From Octopus bimaculoides (taxonomy: Eukaryota): a stretch of 34,867 nt of DNA. Location of the stretch: NCBI RefSeq assembly GCF_001194135.2, contig NC_069006.1:18270349-18305215 (forward strand), read 5' to 3'. The notes under the pieces were generated by a model, which worked only from the letters and a program-made list of their open reading frames with translations, made no database searches and was not told the DNA's origin. How positions within the stretch are numbered: position 1 is the first letter of the stretch; each line of letters opens with the position of its first letter. Made by a program: the position numbers and the translations under genes. Shown here piece after piece: positions 32,400 to 34,867 of the stretch.

Positions 32400-33045
32400 A
32401 AATATATATGTGTGCGTGAGTGTGAGTTTGTGCGTGTGTTATATAAACGCATACGTTCATACTCATTTAAGAAATTTATTGTTCTCGTATATTCTCTCGT
32501 ATTAATAAATATGCATGAGAGATTACATGTACTTATAAAAAAAAACGCATATTTACACACGTACACACATACACGCACGCATACATTTACACACCACACA
32601 TACATACATGTGTACATACACGCATACATATAAACGCACATACATACATACATACATACATACATACATAGATAAATACACCGTTCATTGCTTTATCGAG
32701 ACAGGCTTCATAAAATTCTTCGTCCAACTTAGTATGTACTATACGTGTGTACGGATTTATGTGTGTGTGTACATGTATATTTATATTTATATATGTAAGT
32801 GTATGAATATGTTTGTACGTATGCATGCACCTACATGTGATAGGTACTAACATGAGACTGTATATACATGTGTGTATGCATGCTTGCATACATGAGTCTT
32901 GCACACATGAGTGTGTGTGTATATATGTGTGTGTATAGATAGATAGACATATATATGCATACATACATACGCATATATGTATGTATATATATACAATTAT
33001 GTTTATGTATCTATCTATCCATCTCTGTCTATTGCTCTTCCTCCC

Positions 33046-33076
<31 letters not shown>

Positions 33077-33356
33077 CTATCTATCTGCCTATCGACGATC
33101 AGTAATGCTGACTAGACTACCATAAAAGCGTAAAAAGTTTTTAAAAAAACTTGAAAACTAAAGAGAACGTGCCACACACATTAGCACATACATACAAATA
33201 CGCACATATATGCATACACATATACAGATTCACACACACACACACACACACACATGTAAATGTATAGTCATATGCAACACGTACAGACCACGTAGACACC
33301 CCCACCATATGTAATATACATATATACCATATATTATACCATACATACATACATAT
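32400..33356. repeat. Degenerate (TA)/(CA)/(TACA)/(TATC) microsatellite field
   Basis: Directly visible. Confidence 0.85.
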
Positions 33357-34326
33357 NNNNNNNNNNNNNNNNNNNNNNNNNNNNNNNNNNNNNNNNNNNN
33401 NNNNNNNNNNNNNNNNNNNNNNNNNNNNNNNNNNNNNNNNNNNNNNNNNNNNNNNNNNNNNNNNNNNNNNNNNNNNNNNNNNNNNNNNNNNNNNNNNNNN
33501 NNNNNNNNNNNNNNNNNNNNNNNNNNNNNNNNNNNNNNNNNNNNNNNNNNNNNNNNNNNNNNNNNNNNNNNNNNNNNNNNNNNNNNNNNNNNNNNNNNNN
33601 NNNNNNNNNNNNNNNNNNNNNNNNNNNNNNNNNNNNNNNNNNNNNNNNNNNNNNNNNNNNNNNNNNNNNNNNNNNNNNNNNNNNNNNNNNNNNNNNNNNN
33701 NNNNNNNNNNNNNNNNNNNNNNNNNNNNNNNNNNNNNNNNNNNNNNNNNNNNNNNNNNNNNNNNNNNNNNNNNNNNNNNNNNNNNNNNNNNNNNNNNNNN
33801 NNNNNNNNNNNNNNNNNNNNNNNNNNNNNNNNNNNNNNNNNNNNNNNNNNNNNNNNNNNNNNNNNNNNNNNNNNNNNNNNNNNNNNNNNNNNNNNNNNNN
33901 NNNNNNNNNNNNNNNNNNNNNNNNNNNNNNNNNNNNNNNNNNNNNNNNNNNNNNNNNNNNNNNNNNNNNNNNNNNNNNNNNNNNNNNNNNNNNNNNNNNN
34001 NNNNNNNNNNNNNNNNNNNNNNNNNNNNNNNNNNNNNNNNNNNNNNNNNNNNNNNNNNNNNNNNNNNNNNNNNNNNNNNNNNNNNNNNNNNNNNNNNNNN
34101 NNNNNNNNNNNNNNNNNNNNNNNNNNNNNNNNNNNNNNNNNNNNNNNNNNNNNNNNNNNNNNNNNNNNNNNNNNNNNNNNNNNNNNNNNNNNNNNNNNNN
34201 NNNNNNNNNNNNNNNNNNNNNNNNNNNNNNNNNNNNNNNNNNNNNNNNNNNNNNNNNNNNNNNNNNNNNNNNNNNNNNNNNNNNNNNNNNNNNNNNNNNN
34301 NNNCATCAGCACGACCTCTTTCTTAC

Positions 34327-34450
34327 CTCTGAAAAAAAGAGTTTATAATCTATAAAGCCCGGAAGTTCTTTGGACGGAAGCTTGCACAAATTGTAAAACA
34401 CTTTTCCTCTGTTGTAAGCTATAAACTAGAATAGCCGCCATTTTAGATAT
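34327..34450 (-). promoter_or_regulatory. Candidate promoter or first exon (YY1 and ETS motifs, consensus donor)
   Basis: GCCGCCATTTT 34434-34444, CCGGAAGT 34359-34366, CGGAAG 34375-34380; minus-strand AG|GTAAGA with GT at 34326-34325. Confidence 0.35.
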
Positions 34451-34664
34451 ACGAGAGCATCTTCCTTACCTTTTCTTTTTACTGATTGTCTGTCTGTTTG
34501 CCTGCCTGTCTGTCTATCCGTCTATCCATCTCTTCTTTATTTGTCTGTCTGTCTGTCAGCCTCTTCCCCCCTCTCTCACTTTCTGTATATGCCAGCGTCT
34601 TGGTCTGTCTGTCTATGTACTTATCCATTGTTTTCTGTTTATGACGTTCTCATTTTTGCTACAG

Positions 34665-34838
34665 ACATTATTACTGAGTAGAGATATTTCCGAAGAAGAT
34701 GTTGACAACGACGACGACGATGAGGAGGAGGATGAGGTTGAGGATGAGGAGAATACTGCTCTCCCGTTCTCATTGTCCACAAGAATCCATACATACAGAA
34801 CAAAATATACCATGCAAAATGGTTTACAAAAAACATGA
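34665..34838 (+). CDS. Candidate acidic (D/E-rich) exon, product unknown
   Basis: Strong acceptor ttctcatttttgctacag at 34664; frame TLLLSRDISEEDVDNDDDDEEEDEVEDEENTALPFSLSTRIHTYRTKYTMQNGLQKT*. Confidence 0.25.
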   Translation, partial: TLLLSRDISEEDVDNDDDDEEEDEVEDEENTALPFSLSTRIHTYRTKYTMQNGLQKT

Positions 34839-34867
34839 AGTGTTGTACACACCCATATGCATTCATA

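Larger units (their letters stand above)
938..34313. other. Ten assembly gaps: 938-1052, 7138-7147, 11419-11451, 14402-14891, 17305-17871, 18494-18560, 26710-27648, 28829-29402, 32232-32342, 33357-34313
   Basis: N runs, mostly abutting (TA)n, (TG)n or poly-C. Confidence 0.99.

Noticed and set aside
2172-33350. HT-, CV-, YI-, SIYL- and SL-rich or homopolymeric ORFs
   Set aside because: Direct translations of (CA), (TG), (TA), (TATC), (CT) and trinucleotide microsatellites.
839-34312. Long ORFs containing X runs (e.g. 14352-15029, 17119-17947, 26634-27671, 28654-29572, 33230-34312)
   Set aside because: They are open only because they cross N gaps. The exception is the non-N part of 28683-29738, which is transposase.
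1-34867. CRISPR arrays, rRNA, or prokaryotic operon-like systems
   Set aside because: No repeat-spacer arrays or rRNA similarity; the sequence is animal repeat-rich DNA.

Overview
Eukaryotic, repeat-saturated genomic DNA with 10 assembly gaps. The extreme microsatellite density and the SINE families suggest an Octopus/coleoid cephalopod genome (inference from pattern recognition, no search run). No host protein-coding gene could be identified with confidence. Nearly all ORFs in the supplied track are artefacts of microsatellites or N runs. Well-supported content: decayed fragments of several transposon groups (two R4/Dong-type and one CRE-type RLE retrotransposon 3' ends, Penelope GIY-YIG, Helitron N-terminus, an internally deleted Tc1 and a maT/DD37D-like transposase), a Merlin-type MITE with perfect 26-bp TIRs and an 8-bp TSD, a hAT MITE with an 8-bp TSD, and about 20 copies or fragments of at least four modular SINE families. 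The main pattern is that several element families sit in family-specific microsatellites ((TACA)n, (ATT)n, (TA)n, (TAGA)n). Several unique islands with splice or promoter signals are listed as low-confidence exon candidates. Family letters A-G are local labels, not database names.
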